Shown piece after piece: positions 1 to 10,454 of a DNA stretch of 64,000 bases (positions are counted from its first letter, which is position 1; each line of letters begins with the position of its first letter). The notes under the pieces were generated by a model, which was not told where the DNA came from, searched no databases, and saw nothing but the letters and a program-made list of their open reading frames with translations. Location of the stretch: assembly GCA_037137775.1 (NCBI GenBank), contig JBAXJQ010000001.1, forward strand, positions 32,316 to 96,315. Reading direction: 5' to 3'. This stretch comes from Candidatus Falkowbacteria bacterium. GTDB taxonomy: Bacteria; Patescibacteriota; Patescibacteriia; Patescibacteriales; GWE2-39-37. Both the position numbers and the translations under genes were made by a program.

Positions 1-1
1 A

Positions 2-1117
2 ACCGAACCAGGTGCCCGTGATCGCGGTGGCGATTTAGGTTGGTTTGGTCGAGGTCAGATGGTTAAACCATTTGAGGATGCTGTCTATAGTATGAAAGTG
101 GGTGCCATTAGTGAGCCAGTTGAATCAGATTTTGGTTATCACTTAATTTATAAGCAAGCTGAACGAAAAGTAGAGGAGGCTAAAGTACAACACATTTTGA
201 TTAAAACTAAATCAGAAGTTGACATTACTGGCCCACAAACAGAGTGGAAAAATACTGAGCTTACCGGTAAAAATTTAAAGAATGCTCAAGCTCAGACTAA
301 TCCGAATGACGGTAGTCTAGAAGTTTCTTTAGAATTTGATGAACAAGGTGCAAAATATTTTGAAGAAATCACTGGCCGTAACGTTGGCAAACAAGTTGCT
401 ATCTTTTTGGATGGTTATATCATTAGTCAGCCAACGGTTAATGAAGCGATTAAGGGTGGTAAAGCAGTAATTAATGGCAAGTTTGGGGCACAAGAGGCCA
501 GGGATTTGGCCATGCGCTTAAATGCTGGTGCCTTGCCAATCCCAATTTCTTTAGTTGATCAACAGAATATCGGGGCTACCCTAGGCCAGAAATCAGTTGG
601 TGATAGTGCTCGTGCCGGCTTAATTGGCTTTGCTTTTGTGGCCATCTTTATGGTTTTGTTCTATCGTTTCCCAGGATTATTGTCCGTTGTTGCTTTGGGA
701 ATTTATGGAGTCTTGTTATTAGCTTTATTTAAGGTATTTTCTTTTGCACTTACCCTTTCTGGTTTAGCTGGCTTTATCATGTCAATTGGAATGGCCGTGG
801 ATGCCAATGTCTTGATCTTTTCCCGCTTACGCGAAGAAATTGCCAGTCAAAAACCATTTGGTCTAGCTTTGGATGAAGCATTCCGTCGTGCCTGGCCATC
901 CATTCGCGATAGTAATGTTTCAACATTAATTACTTGTGCAGTACTGTATTACACCTCGACCGGTATGGTGCGTGGGTTTGCAGTAACACTTGGCTTAGGT
1001 GTGCTTGTTTCAATGTTTACTGCTATTTTTGTCACCCGCACGTTCTTGAAATTAATTCCGGAAAACTGGCTCGAAAAATATCCTTTTTTAGTGGGCGGTA
1101 AAAAACAATCCAATTAA
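2..1117 (+). CDS. secD: Protein translocase subunit SecD with a parvulin-type PPIase domain in the extracytoplasmic region (5' end outside window)
   Basis: Frame is open from position 2 ([49 protein letters not shown], a parvulin signature). SecD motifs follow: [33 protein letters not shown]. Adjacent to secF. Confidence 0.93.
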   Translation, partial: TEPGARDRGGDLGWFGRGQMVKPFEDAVYSMKVGAISEPVESDFGYHLIYKQAERKVEEAKVQHILIKTKSEVDITGPQTEWKNTELTGKNLKNAQAQTNPNDGSLEVSLEFDEQGAKYFEEITGRNVGKQVAIFLDGYIISQPTVNEAIKGGKAVINGKFGAQEARDLAMRLNAGALPIPISLVDQQNIGATLGQKSVGDSARAGLIGFAFVAIFMVLFYRFPGLLSVVALGIYGVLLLALFKVFSFALTLSGLAGFIMSIGMAVDANVLIFSRLREEIASQKPFGLALDEAFRRAWPSIRDSNVSTLITCAVLYYTSTGMVRGFAVTLGLGVLVSMFTAIFVTRTFLKLIPENWLEKYPFLVGGKKQSN

Positions 1118-1130
1118 ATCCAAATTTCAT

Positions 1131-2051
1131 ATGACAAATTTTAACATCATTCAAAAAAGAAATATCTGGCTCTGGATTTCAGTCGCGCTGTTTGTGGTCT
1201 TTGGCTTGGCTTTAATGGTATGGGGCTTAAAACTTGGCATCGATTTTACCGGTGGTAGCTTGCTCGAAGTTCGTTTTAGCACTAATCGACCAACAGTTAA
1301 TGAGGTTCAAGAATCACTTGCCCAAGATACTAAAGTGGGTAATTTGGGCAGCTTAATTATACAGCCTTTGGGTCAATCCGAAATGGCTTTACGTTTTCAG
1401 GAATCAAGTGAGGAAAAACACCAAGCGGTGGTAAAAAATTTACAGAGCTTAGCCCTTAAAAAAGACAAAAAGAACCAAGTTGAGGAGTTGCGTTTTGACG
1501 CGGTTGGCGCTTCAGTTGGGCAGGAATTAAAAAGCAAAGCAGTTTCTTCCATCTTTTGGGTTATGCTTTTCATTTTAATGTATATTAGTTGGACGTTTCG
1601 CAAGGTGTCTAAGCCAGTCGCTTCATGGAAATATGGTTTAGCGGCCTTAGTGGCGTTATTTCATGATGCAATCATTACTATGGGCGTCTTTGCTGTTTTG
1701 GGTAAGTTTTATGGCGTAGAGATTAACACCGCCTTTGTGACCGCAATTTTGACCGTAATCGGATACTCAGTGCACGATACTATTGTGGTGTTTGATCGAA
1801 CCCGTGAGAATCTACCAAAAAGCCACCTGGACTTTGAAGGTACGGTTAATATGAGCTTAAACCAAACCTTAGTCCGCTCCATTAATACTTCATTAACCGT
1901 ATTGCTTACCTTGATTGCAGTGACCATTTTTGGTGGCGCCTCAATTCGGACTTTTGCCCTAGCCCTTACTATTGGCATTGCCATTGGTACATATTCCTCT
2001 ATTTTTGTTGCTTCACCGCTTTTAGTAGTTTGGGAAAAATGGAAAAAATAA
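1131..2051 (+). CDS. secF: Protein translocase subunit SecF
   Basis: LGIDFTGGS, IGYSVHDTIVVFDRTRE, RSINTS and GTYSSIFVASP motifs. Confidence 0.97.
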   Translation: MTNFNIIQKRNIWLWISVALFVVFGLALMVWGLKLGIDFTGGSLLEVRFSTNRPTVNEVQESLAQDTKVGNLGSLIIQPLGQSEMALRFQESSEEKHQAVVKNLQSLALKKDKKNQVEELRFDAVGASVGQELKSKAVSSIFWVMLFILMYISWTFRKVSKPVASWKYGLAALVALFHDAIITMGVFAVLGKFYGVEINTAFVTAILTVIGYSVHDTIVVFDRTRENLPKSHLDFEGTVNMSLNQTLVRSINTSLTVLLTLIAVTIFGGASIRTFALALTIGIAIGTYSSIFVASPLLVVWEKWKK

Positions 2052-2062
2052 TCACTGACTTT

Positions 2063-2108
2063 AACCATAGAAAAAACCATGGCTTTTGCCATGGTTTTTT
2101 CTATGGTT
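2063..2108. terminator. Perfect 21-bp inverted repeat, probable intrinsic terminator after secF
   Basis: AACCATAGAAAAAACCATGGC-TTTT-GCCATGGTTTTTTCTATGGTT. Confidence 0.75.
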
Positions 2109-2123
2109 TGGGAAAATATTGCT

Positions 2124-2152
2124 TTGACAGAGTAGGCATTTTTGGGTAAGAT
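2124..2152 (+). promoter_or_regulatory. Sigma70-type promoter for proS
   Basis: TTGACA-17 nt-TAAGAT. It overlaps the TTG start in the ORF track, which favours ATG 2181 as the real start. Confidence 0.6.
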
Positions 2153-2180
2153 TAAGCCAGTAATTTTTAAACATTCATTT

Positions 2181-3410
2181 ATGCGTCAATCCCAATTCTT
2201 TTCTAAAATAAGCCGTGAATTGCCCAAAGATGAGGAGAGCTATAACGCACAAACCTTAATTCGGGCTGGATTTATTGATAAGATCGGCGCCGGCATTTAT
2301 GTGTTTTTACCGCTAGGATTACGCGTCTTAAATAAGATTAATCAAATAATCCGCGACGAGATGGTGGCTATTGGTGGTCAGGAATTATTATTACCCGCCT
2401 TGCACCCCAAAGAATATTGGCAAGCAACCGGGCGGTGGGAGTCTTTTGACGTGTTGTTTCGGATAACTGGCCAAGATCAAAAGGAATATGCTTTGGGGGC
2501 AACTCATGAGGAAATTATTACGCCGGTCGCTAAAAAATATATTTTGTCTCACAAAGATCTCCCAAAAGCAGTTTTTCAGATTCAAACCAAATTTCGTAAT
2601 GAAAAACGGGCTAAGGCAGGGTTGATTCGCGGACGTGAATTTTTAATGAAAGATTTATATTCTTTTCACGCCAATGAAGAAGATTTGAATCTCTATTACA
2701 AGCAAGCACAAAAAGCCTATTTCAGGGTATTTGAACGGTGTGGTCTTTTAAATCAAACGTATCTCACCTTTGCCTCTGGTGGTGCGTTTAGTAAATACTC
2801 GCACGAATTTCAGACGGTAACTTCGGCGGGAGAGGACACAATTTTTATTTGTGATGATTGTCAAATTGCCGTGAATCAAGAGATTATTGCCGAGCAAAAT
2901 GGGTGCCCCGGATGCGGCAAGGCAGAGTTGCGAGAAGAAAAAGCAGTTGAAGTTGGTAATATTTTTAAACTTCGTACGAGATTTTCGGATGCAATTGAAT
3001 TTAAATATTCCACTGAAAATGGCGGATTAAAGCCAGTGGAGATGGGGTGCTATGGCATTGGTCCTAGTCGGGTAATGGGCACAATAGTAGAAGTGCATCA
3101 CGATGAACGCGGTATTGTCTGGCCAAAAGAAGTAGCGCCATTTCGGGTGCATGTCATTAGCCTTAATCAACCAAAAGTCGGTCAAGAAATTCACGATTTG
3201 CTCGAGGAAAAAGGTATCGAGGTCTTATGGGATGATCGTGAGATCTCAGCGGGGGAAAAGTTTGCCGAATCAGATTTGATTGGTTGTCCCTATCGAGTGG
3301 TGATTAGTGAGAAAACTTTAGCTCAGGGGAATAAGGTTGAGATTAAAGCAAGAAATTCGGCGAGCACTGAAATCACCAGTATTAGCCGATTAGTTGAGAT
3401 TGTGAAATAA
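2181..3410 (+). CDS. proS: Proline--tRNA ligase (short form with CxxC...CxxC insert)
   Basis: LIRAGFI, LGATHEE, FRNEKR..GLIRGREFLMKDLYSFH, EVGNIFKL, MGCYGIG, C-terminal anticodon-binding domain. Start set at ATG 2181. Confidence 0.95.
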   Translation: MRQSQFFSKISRELPKDEESYNAQTLIRAGFIDKIGAGIYVFLPLGLRVLNKINQIIRDEMVAIGGQELLLPALHPKEYWQATGRWESFDVLFRITGQDQKEYALGATHEEIITPVAKKYILSHKDLPKAVFQIQTKFRNEKRAKAGLIRGREFLMKDLYSFHANEEDLNLYYKQAQKAYFRVFERCGLLNQTYLTFASGGAFSKYSHEFQTVTSAGEDTIFICDDCQIAVNQEIIAEQNGCPGCGKAELREEKAVEVGNIFKLRTRFSDAIEFKYSTENGGLKPVEMGCYGIGPSRVMGTIVEVHHDERGIVWPKEVAPFRVHVISLNQPKVGQEIHDLLEEKGIEVLWDDREISAGEKFAESDLIGCPYRVVISEKTLAQGNKVEIKARNSASTEITSISRLVEIVK

Positions 3411-3412
3411 AA

Positions 3413-3751
3413 ATGGATATGGATGATATTACAATTAGAGAGGTAGAAAATATTATTTCAGAGTTTGCTACAAAAAAAGGCTTGGGAATTAATCCGGAAG
3501 AGATTAATACACCAGAAAAATTTGTATTACTGCATAGCGAAGTGAGTGAGGCCTATGAAGCCTATCGTCGAGGAAGAATGGACGGCAAGGATGGACTGTC
3601 GGAGGAATTAGCTGATATTGCTATTCGGTTATTTCAATTAGCTATTATCTTCAAAATTGATCTGGGTCAAGAGATTGTAAAAAAAATTGACTACAATCAA
3701 CATCGTGAGTGGCAGCACCCTAACGAAACTATAGTTAAAAATAATGTTTAA
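3413..3751 (+). CDS. MazG-like nucleotide pyrophosphohydrolase
   Basis: LLHSEVSEAYEAYR...EELADIAI (ExxE...EExD helical NTP-PPase motif). Confidence 0.8.
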   Translation: MDMDDITIREVENIISEFATKKGLGINPEEINTPEKFVLLHSEVSEAYEAYRRGRMDGKDGLSEELADIAIRLFQLAIIFKIDLGQEIVKKIDYNQHREWQHPNETIVKNNV

Positions 3752-4787
3752 TAAATTATTTGGTAAATTAAGTCATGATCTTGGTATTGATCTCGGCACT
3801 AAAAATACCCTGGTCTATGTAGAAGATAAGGGTATTGTTATCAACGAGCCAACAGTGGTGGCGGTTAATACCCGAACCGATGAAATTTTAGCCGTTGGTG
3901 AAGAGGCTCGTCGCATGATTGGCAAGACGCCATCTCATATTCAAGCTATCAAACCCCTGGTCGATGGGGTAATTTCTGATTTTGAGGTAACGGAAAAAAT
4001 GTTGAAGTATTTTATCGATAAGGCACATGAAGGTGGTTTTACTTTTTCCCCTCGCCCACGGGTTATTATTGGTATCCCGCTCGATATTACCGAAGTAGAA
4101 AAAAAGGCGGTGGAGGATGCGGCCAAATCTGCCGGTGCTCGTAAAGTGTATTTAATTGAAGAGTCGATGGCAGCAGCTATTGGTGCTCATTTGCCGGTTA
4201 CAGACGCCACCGCAACCATGATTGTTGATATTGGCGGCGGTACAACTGAAATTGCCGTAATCTCTTTAGGTGGTGTGGTTACATATAAAACGTTACGTTT
4301 AGCCGGTAATGAATTGGATAATAATATTACCCAGTATATTAGGGAAGAATATAATCTATTAATCGGTGAACAAGTAGCAGAAAGTATTAAAATTAGAATT
4401 GGTTCAGCTATACCAATGCGCGAACCGATGGAAATGGAAGTTCGAGGTCGAGACTTGATAAATGGCTTGCCACGTAGTATTACGATTGGTGATGCTCAAG
4501 TACGCGAAACCATGGGCCGTAGTTTGCATCAAATAATTGATAACATTAAAGCAACACTCGAAGCCACGCCGCCAGAACTCGTGGCTGATATTTACGAAAA
4601 AGGTATAGTCTTAACTGGTGGCGGTGCACTGTTAAGAGGATTGGACAAGGCAATAGCACAGGAAACAAAAATTCCCGTACGTGTTGCTGATGATCCACTT
4701 ATCTGTTTGGCCAAAGGAACGGGAATGTTGTTGGCCGATCCGGTCTTGCTCAATAAGGTATTATCTTTACCGAGTGAGGAACTGTAA
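3744..4787 (+). CDS. mreB: Rod shape-determining protein MreB
   Basis: GIDLGT, DGVISDFEVTEKML, IVDIGGGTTE, LTGGGALL. Confidence 0.97.
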   Translation: MFNKLFGKLSHDLGIDLGTKNTLVYVEDKGIVINEPTVVAVNTRTDEILAVGEEARRMIGKTPSHIQAIKPLVDGVISDFEVTEKMLKYFIDKAHEGGFTFSPRPRVIIGIPLDITEVEKKAVEDAAKSAGARKVYLIEESMAAAIGAHLPVTDATATMIVDIGGGTTEIAVISLGGVVTYKTLRLAGNELDNNITQYIREEYNLLIGEQVAESIKIRIGSAIPMREPMEMEVRGRDLINGLPRSITIGDAQVRETMGRSLHQIIDNIKATLEATPPELVADIYEKGIVLTGGGALLRGLDKAIAQETKIPVRVADDPLICLAKGTGMLLADPVLLNKVLSLPSEEL

Positions 4788-4808
4788 TATTTAAAACAGC
4801 TTACTTAT

Positions 4809-5609
4809 ATGAAAAAGCTCAATAGCAAACGATTGAGTTTGATTGGAGCAGTAATCGCCTTACTGCTATTTTTGCATTACAGTCGTTTGCTACTACCAGT
4901 AGAGGGTTTTATGTCGCAAATATTTAATCCGTTAACACAACGACTATATGGGGCGACAAGTCATTTGCGTTTTTTTTATGAAGAGCAGACTGATCGTCGT
5001 GATCTAAATCAAACAGTCAAAGACTTAGAAAAACAGGTAAGTGCCTTAACACAGGAAAATGCCAAATTGAAATTATTGGACGAAGAAAATCAAAGCTTAC
5101 GGAATTATTTGAAATTTTTACAACCTCGTTCACGCCATTATGTAATGGCAAATGTTATTGGTCGCGAAGATGTTGATCAAATTAGTCAGATCATTATTTT
5201 AGATAAGGGTAAACAAGACGGAGTGTTATCCGGCTATGCTGTGGTAAATGAAAATGGCCATATCGTTGGCAAGGTGTTGGAAACGAAAGATCATGAAGCT
5301 CAGGTTTGTTTGGTTACCAGCGGGCGTTGCCAGTTGGCCGTAGCTATTCAAAACCAAAATCGCACCATTGGCATTGCCAAAGGTGAGCTAGGCTTGGTGG
5401 TTAAAGTTGATTTTATTCCACAAAGCGAACAAATTGAAAAAGATCAAACAGTAATCACCTCTGGACTTGAGAAATCGATTGAGCGCGGCTTGGTGGTTGG
5501 CAAAATTACCGAAGTTATTAAACAAAATAACGAATTATGGCAAACTGCTCGGGTTGAACCTTTGGTAAATCCGGATAATTTATTAACGGTAGCGGTAATG
5601 CAACCCTAA
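4809..5609 (+). CDS. mreC: Rod shape-determining protein MreC
   Basis: N-terminal TM helix, coiled coil (EENQSLR), ILDKG..DGV, VITSGL; lies after mreB. Confidence 0.92.
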   Translation: MKKLNSKRLSLIGAVIALLLFLHYSRLLLPVEGFMSQIFNPLTQRLYGATSHLRFFYEEQTDRRDLNQTVKDLEKQVSALTQENAKLKLLDEENQSLRNYLKFLQPRSRHYVMANVIGREDVDQISQIIILDKGKQDGVLSGYAVVNENGHIVGKVLETKDHEAQVCLVTSGRCQLAVAIQNQNRTIGIAKGELGLVVKVDFIPQSEQIEKDQTVITSGLEKSIERGLVVGKITEVIKQNNELWQTARVEPLVNPDNLLTVAVMQP

Positions 5610-5610
5610 T

Positions 5611-6168
5611 ATGAATCTGAAAACATTTTGGCAATATTTTTTTTATAGCTTTGCAATTTTATTAGTAACTGAAATTCAGCTGGGTGCTTTGCCGGCCATG
5701 CCAGGAGTCTTGGCCTATACAGATGTTGCGATAATTTTTTTATTAGTTGTCTTGGTGCTTTATGATGTCACCACGGCGTTTTATTTTGGTTTAATGCTGG
5801 GCATTATTTTTGATGTGTTGAATTTTTGGTCATTTGGTCAGGCGGTAATTGGTATTGAAGTCGTACTGGTGGTTTGTTATATATTATTAACTAAAGTTTT
5901 TACTAATCGATCGCTCTATTCATTTTTAGCCTTAACTTTGATCGCAACCGTGGTATATTGGTTGGCGATTCGAATAACTGATATAACCACAGGATTTGTA
6001 TTTTCGGCACCTAGTCATTTGTTTTTTAACCCCGTAGCATTACGTTTATTGGGCTGGAAAATTGGCTTAAATTTAATAACATCAGCCATAACTTTCCAGA
6101 TAGCAACATTTATCAGCCACAGCTTAAAACCTGTCTTTTTGATGAAAAGCAATTATGTTAACCGATAA
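5611..6168 (+). CDS. mreD: MreD-like integral membrane protein
   Basis: Multi-pass hydrophobic protein with GIIFDVL, located between mreC and mrdA. Confidence 0.75.
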   Translation: MNLKTFWQYFFYSFAILLVTEIQLGALPAMPGVLAYTDVAIIFLLVVLVLYDVTTAFYFGLMLGIIFDVLNFWSFGQAVIGIEVVLVVCYILLTKVFTNRSLYSFLALTLIATVVYWLAIRITDITTGFVFSAPSHLFFNPVALRLLGWKIGLNLITSAITFQIATFISHSLKPVFLMKSNYVNR

Positions 6169-8206
6169 AAAAAATGTAAATCAAGGCGATAATCCTTTTG
6201 TTATTCAGCAAGGACGGTTAAAGCATGGTAAAATTACTTCTTCATACCGATTAGGCTGGACAGAGGATGCGTTTATTATGGACGCAGGTCGCAAAGACGT
6301 TGTCGGTCGTACTATTTCAACAACTTATTTTAAATATCTCTTTGCTGGATGTTTGGTTTTTATTGGTTTACTTTTCGGACGGACGGCTTGGCTACAGGTT
6401 GCACAAGGCGATTATTATTATAAGATGGCCGAGGGAAATCGTATTAGAATTGAACGTATTGATTCTAAGCGCGGTATAATCTTCGATCGTCATGGCAAAG
6501 CTTTAGTTCGAAATCAAGCAAATTTTATGTTGTATTTGGTGCCGAGCGATCTGCCTAAAGATGATGCAGGCTTAGCCGCGGTTATTAAGCGGGTTAGTCA
6601 ATTAATTGGACCTTTGGGAAATTTAAATGGTGTACCAACAAATAATGAACAAAATATTAATGAAGCATCAGTTGAGTCTTATATTTTGGGGAAAATAAAA
6701 CCGATAAACAGGAAGTCGATTGCCGCTCTCGAGCCAGTATTTATTGCGGATAATTTGCCATATGAAAAAGCGTTGGCCCTTTCACTCGAGTCAACCGGCT
6801 TGCCTGGTGTTGTTTTATCAAGCTCGGCCAGACGACAATACAATGTTTCCGAAGCCGCTTCGTTAGCCCATGTCCTCGGCTATACCGGCAAGATAAATGA
6901 CAAGGAATTAGCTAAAGTAAAAACCGGCTATCAACCCATTGACTACATTGGCAAGTCTGGTTTGGAAAATTATTGGGAAAGTGAATTGCGAGGTGGCTTT
7001 GGTCAAAAACAGGTCGAGGTTGATGCCATGGGTAAAGAAAAGCGAATAATTAGCATTAAGCCAGCGGTTGACGGACAAGACTTAATTTTGTCCTTAGATT
7101 ATAATCTGCAAGCGAAAATTGAACAAATTACCAAGTCATATTTATCTGCAGCAAAATTAAGCCGTGCTTCGGTAGTAGCGATGGATCCGCGGTCGGGTGA
7201 GGTGTTGGCCATGGTCAGCTTACCGGCCTATGATGACAATATTTTTGCTCGGGGCATCAGTCAAAAAGAATATGATATTTTGTTAAATGATCCCGATCGT
7301 CCATTATATAATCGTAGCATGGGTGGCGAATTTCCTTCTGGGTCTACGATTAAGCCAGTGATTTCGGCTGCGGCCTTGCAAGAGGGCATAATTACTGAGA
7401 GTACGACATTTCTAAGTAATGGTGGCTTACGGATTGATAAATGGTTTTTTCCAGATTGGAAAGCTGGCGGACATGGCATGACTAATGTAAGAAAAGCAAT
7501 TGCCGAATCAGTAAATACATTTTTTTATATTATTGGTGGTGGGTATGAGGGCACAACCGGGCTAGGTGTTGATCGCTTGGCGAAATACTTTAAGCTTTTT
7601 GGGTTAGGCAGTCAGACCGGCATTGATTTGCCCGGTGAAGTGGACGGATTTGTACCGAGTAAAGAATGGAAAGAAACAACTAAAAAAGAAAATTGGTATA
7701 TCGGTGATACGTATCATCTTGCCATCGGCCAAGGCGATTTAAATGTTACTCCATTGCAGGTGGCCAATTACACTGCCTATTTTGCTAATGGGGGTAAATT
7801 GTTAGTGCCACATTTGGTTAAGGAAATTAGGCCAAGCGGCAGTCAGGTTGGTACGCCCGTGCCCGTCAAAATCATTCGTTCAGGTATTGTAAACCCCGCT
7901 TATGTGCAAATTGTGCGTGAGGGTATGCGTCAAACCGTAGTGGCTGGTAGTGCGCGTAGTTTGCAACAAGTGCCCGTGCCCATGGCGGGCAAAACAGGAA
8001 CGGCGCAGTGGTCTACTAAAAAAGATCCACATGCCTGGTTTACGGGCTTTGCGCCATATGACGACCCAACAATTGTTATTACGATTTTAGTTGAGGAAGG
8101 TAAGGAAGGTAGTACAATCGCCGTGCCGATCGCTCGGGAAGTATTACAATGGTATTTTGCCAGTAATCCAAAAATAAGTCCGACTTCAACGCCGGCTGCG
8201 TTTTAA
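6155..8206 (+). CDS. mrdA: Penicillin-binding protein 2
   Basis: RGIIFDR, GKSGLE, active-site motifs PSGSTIK (SxxK), SVN (SxN) and GKTGT. Confidence 0.95.
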   Translation: MLTDKKNVNQGDNPFVIQQGRLKHGKITSSYRLGWTEDAFIMDAGRKDVVGRTISTTYFKYLFAGCLVFIGLLFGRTAWLQVAQGDYYYKMAEGNRIRIERIDSKRGIIFDRHGKALVRNQANFMLYLVPSDLPKDDAGLAAVIKRVSQLIGPLGNLNGVPTNNEQNINEASVESYILGKIKPINRKSIAALEPVFIADNLPYEKALALSLESTGLPGVVLSSSARRQYNVSEAASLAHVLGYTGKINDKELAKVKTGYQPIDYIGKSGLENYWESELRGGFGQKQVEVDAMGKEKRIISIKPAVDGQDLILSLDYNLQAKIEQITKSYLSAAKLSRASVVAMDPRSGEVLAMVSLPAYDDNIFARGISQKEYDILLNDPDRPLYNRSMGGEFPSGSTIKPVISAAALQEGIITESTTFLSNGGLRIDKWFFPDWKAGGHGMTNVRKAIAESVNTFFYIIGGGYEGTTGLGVDRLAKYFKLFGLGSQTGIDLPGEVDGFVPSKEWKETTKKENWYIGDTYHLAIGQGDLNVTPLQVANYTAYFANGGKLLVPHLVKEIRPSGSQVGTPVPVKIIRSGIVNPAYVQIVREGMRQTVVAGSARSLQQVPVPMAGKTGTAQWSTKKDPHAWFTGFAPYDDPTIVITILVEEGKEGSTIAVPIAREVLQWYFASNPKISPTSTPAAF

Positions 8207-8265
8207 ATAAAAAAAGCCCCGATCTCGCCACCAGTGGCAGGAGAGTGCCATTAGGCGAGACCGGG
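8207..8265 (-). terminator. Long hairpin plus U-tract between the convergent mrdA and 3D-domain genes
   Basis: CCCGATCTCGCC...GTGGCA-GGAGAG-TGCCAT...GGCGAGACCGGG, preceded on + by an A-run that reads as a U-tract on the minus strand. Confidence 0.6.
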
Positions 8266-8271
8266 TAAGTG

Positions 8272-8805
8272 TTAGCTTGATAGTGCTTTGGCAACGGTCT
8301 TTTTGACCGTTTTAAGCTCTATCAAACAAATGTTACGGGGGAGATTTAAGGCGCGATCGAGTCCAGCGACATTTTTGCCGGTGAAAAGATCAACTTTATG
8401 ACCTTTGATTTTACCCCCTTTGTCTTGGGCAATCAGGATGCTGCCTTTGCGTAATAGCACGCTTCCGTCTTGTCCGATCAAGTCGTTTGCCAAGCGAAGT
8501 TTCGTGCCTGGCTTGATGACTTCCTCGTCGACCGCTAGGGTTTTCATAGCAATCGGCTTAAGTTGGCTGTAATGAGCAATTTTGCCAGAGCCGTTCATCT
8601 CAAGATCTTTTTTGAGATTAGTGACGTAGCGTGATTGCCCTGGTTCCGGACCGTAGTAGCCTCGTAATTTGAGAACATGTTTGCGACCAGGAACTTCAAC
8701 CAACTTGGTTTCCACAACACTTTGGGCATGAGCCCGTGAGGTGGGTGTTGGTGTAATCGCAAACAGCAATAACAGCGCGATTACAACAAAACTAACACAT
8801 TTCAC
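8272..8805 (-). CDS. Secreted 3D-domain (MltA/YuiC-like) putative peptidoglycan lytic protein
   Basis: AVDEEVIKPGT...AQDKGGKIKGHKVDLF provides the three Asp residues of the 3D domain. Signal peptide ends AHA. GTG at 8805 is preceded by GGGAGG. Confidence 0.8.
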   Translation of the reverse strand: MKCVSFVVIALLLLFAITPTPTSRAHAQSVVETKLVEVPGRKHVLKLRGYYGPEPGQSRYVTNLKKDLEMNGSGKIAHYSQLKPIAMKTLAVDEEVIKPGTKLRLANDLIGQDGSVLLRKGSILIAQDKGGKIKGHKVDLFTGKNVAGLDRALNLPRNICLIELKTVKKTVAKALSS

Positions 8806-8927
8806 GTTCTTCCTCCCTTTTCCGGTCCTACTAGTGGCGATGGTGGATTTGCCACTAAACCGTATGTAAAAAACAAAAAAACTGCCTGTTGCCTCCAAAC
8901 AAGTAGTTAGATTGTTTAATTATTTGG

Positions 8928-8956
8928 AGTATATACTAATAGAGGGGTATTGTCAA
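8928..8956 (-). promoter_or_regulatory. Near-consensus sigma70 promoter for the 3D-domain gene
   Basis: Minus strand TTGACA-17 nt-TATACT. Confidence 0.7.
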
Positions 8957-9020
8957 GCCTTATAATTACTATTTTGGCTAACATTGAAATTATTTTAATA
9001 TTATGGAAAAATGATTGTAT

Positions 9021-10454
9021 ATGATTAGGTACTTACGAAACAACAAGACTCGAACAATAATTTGGCTGGGATACTTTTTTTTACTAAGCATAGTCATTTT
9101 TAGAGGATTATTGCCTTTTGGTCAGGTGGTATATCGGTATAATTTTAATAATCCTGATTATTTTATTCGAAAATTAACACCGGCAGAACGGGTTTTGCCA
9201 GCCAACAAGCATGAACAGGGTATAATCGGTGAGCCGGTTTATTTTAGTGTGTACACACCTAGAACTTTTGATCAGGCGAAAATTACCTTAACATATAAAA
9301 TTATGGGTGAGGTGCCAGTTGTTGAGGTTGGGGTTTTAGCTCACCCCACTTTGACGCGGTATCGAACCGTGGCTATAGAGAATCAGCTTATTGATGACTT
9401 AGCAAAAAAATGGCAAGTGAAGTATGGCAACGGTTATACATTACTTGAGCAGGAAAATAAATATCAAAGCGTTGATGATTTTTTTAAATCGTTACCGCCA
9501 ACCAATCAAGTGGCAACCTATCGAGCGGAATTGCCTTTGAGGCAAGGTGAATATAATTTTACATTAGCCACTAGTTCGGTAAGAGTTGGTTTGCGTGGTT
9601 CGTATCAATTTTTCACCTATATTAATAGAGGGCAAATGCGGCTTAAATTGAATATTACTGATCGGAATCAAAACAACAAACCAGATCCTACTACTATTAC
9701 TGTTTATCGAGACGGCAAGTCAGTCTTTACCCGAATATTGCCAGATGATGGAGTGGTAATAGATACCTGGCAAGCTACTCCGGTGCGAACGTTTGACATT
9801 GAATCGCCAGTTTTAGAAAAAGGCATTTATCAAGTCGAGGTAGCTGCTAGTGATGATATTACTACTAATCAATTAATGATTAATTCAGGACAACTGGGTT
9901 TTTCTGGCTCTTTATGGCTGGCTGATACGACCAAACCACCAATTTTAGCCTGGACAGATGGTCAGGAGGTAAGTCTGCAAGTAACCGATCCAGCCAAAGA
10001 ACAAGTTGTTCTCATTGGACAAGAAAAATTAGTTGTTGATGACACTTTTAGATTGTTTCGCAAACAGACCAGCGCTACAGTCACCCCAATAAAACTAGAA
10101 AAAAATGATATTCGAATTGTGACAGACGGAGTAGTGGCGTTTAACCGTTCCCAATTATTTAACCCGAGAAGCATTCAGTTTGGCATTAATACGAAACTAG
10201 ACGAGCGAAAAATAAACTATGTGTTAACGGAATACTTACCTTCAGAAAATATTTCTTCCACAAGAGAAAAAAAGGCGACGTTGGATTTGCATGGCGCATA
10301 TCGTGAAGGGTCAAGATACGGATTTATGATCGCTTTGCCCGGGCTTAAAAATGATGCCAGTTCGACGGCAAATACTTTAGTGTTAAGCGATTTAAGTATA
10401 GAATTTAATGGCTCAACGTTATGGCAAAAAATTGCACGACTATGGCAAAAATAA
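9021..10454 (+). CDS. Hypothetical membrane-anchored extracytoplasmic protein
   Basis: Long ORF with an N-terminal TM helix and beta-rich body; family not recognised. Confidence 0.7.
   Translation: MIRYLRNNKTRTIIWLGYFFLLSIVIFRGLLPFGQVVYRYNFNNPDYFIRKLTPAERVLPANKHEQGIIGEPVYFSVYTPRTFDQAKITLTYKIMGEVPVVEVGVLAHPTLTRYRTVAIENQLIDDLAKKWQVKYGNGYTLLEQENKYQSVDDFFKSLPPTNQVATYRAELPLRQGEYNFTLATSSVRVGLRGSYQFFTYINRGQMRLKLNITDRNQNNKPDPTTITVYRDGKSVFTRILPDDGVVIDTWQATPVRTFDIESPVLEKGIYQVEVAASDDITTNQLMINSGQLGFSGSLWLADTTKPPILAWTDGQEVSLQVTDPAKEQVVLIGQEKLVVDDTFRLFRKQTSATVTPIKLEKNDIRIVTDGVVAFNRSQLFNPRSIQFGINTKLDERKINYVLTEYLPSENISSTREKKATLDLHGAYREGSRYGFMIALPGLKNDASSTANTLVLSDLSIEFNGSTLWQKIARLWQK

Noticed and set aside
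8820-8870. GGCAAA-containing stem as a c-di-GMP-I riboswitch
   Set aside because: The GNRA/receptor pair and the second stem of the consensus are missing. It is kept only as an unclassified leader.
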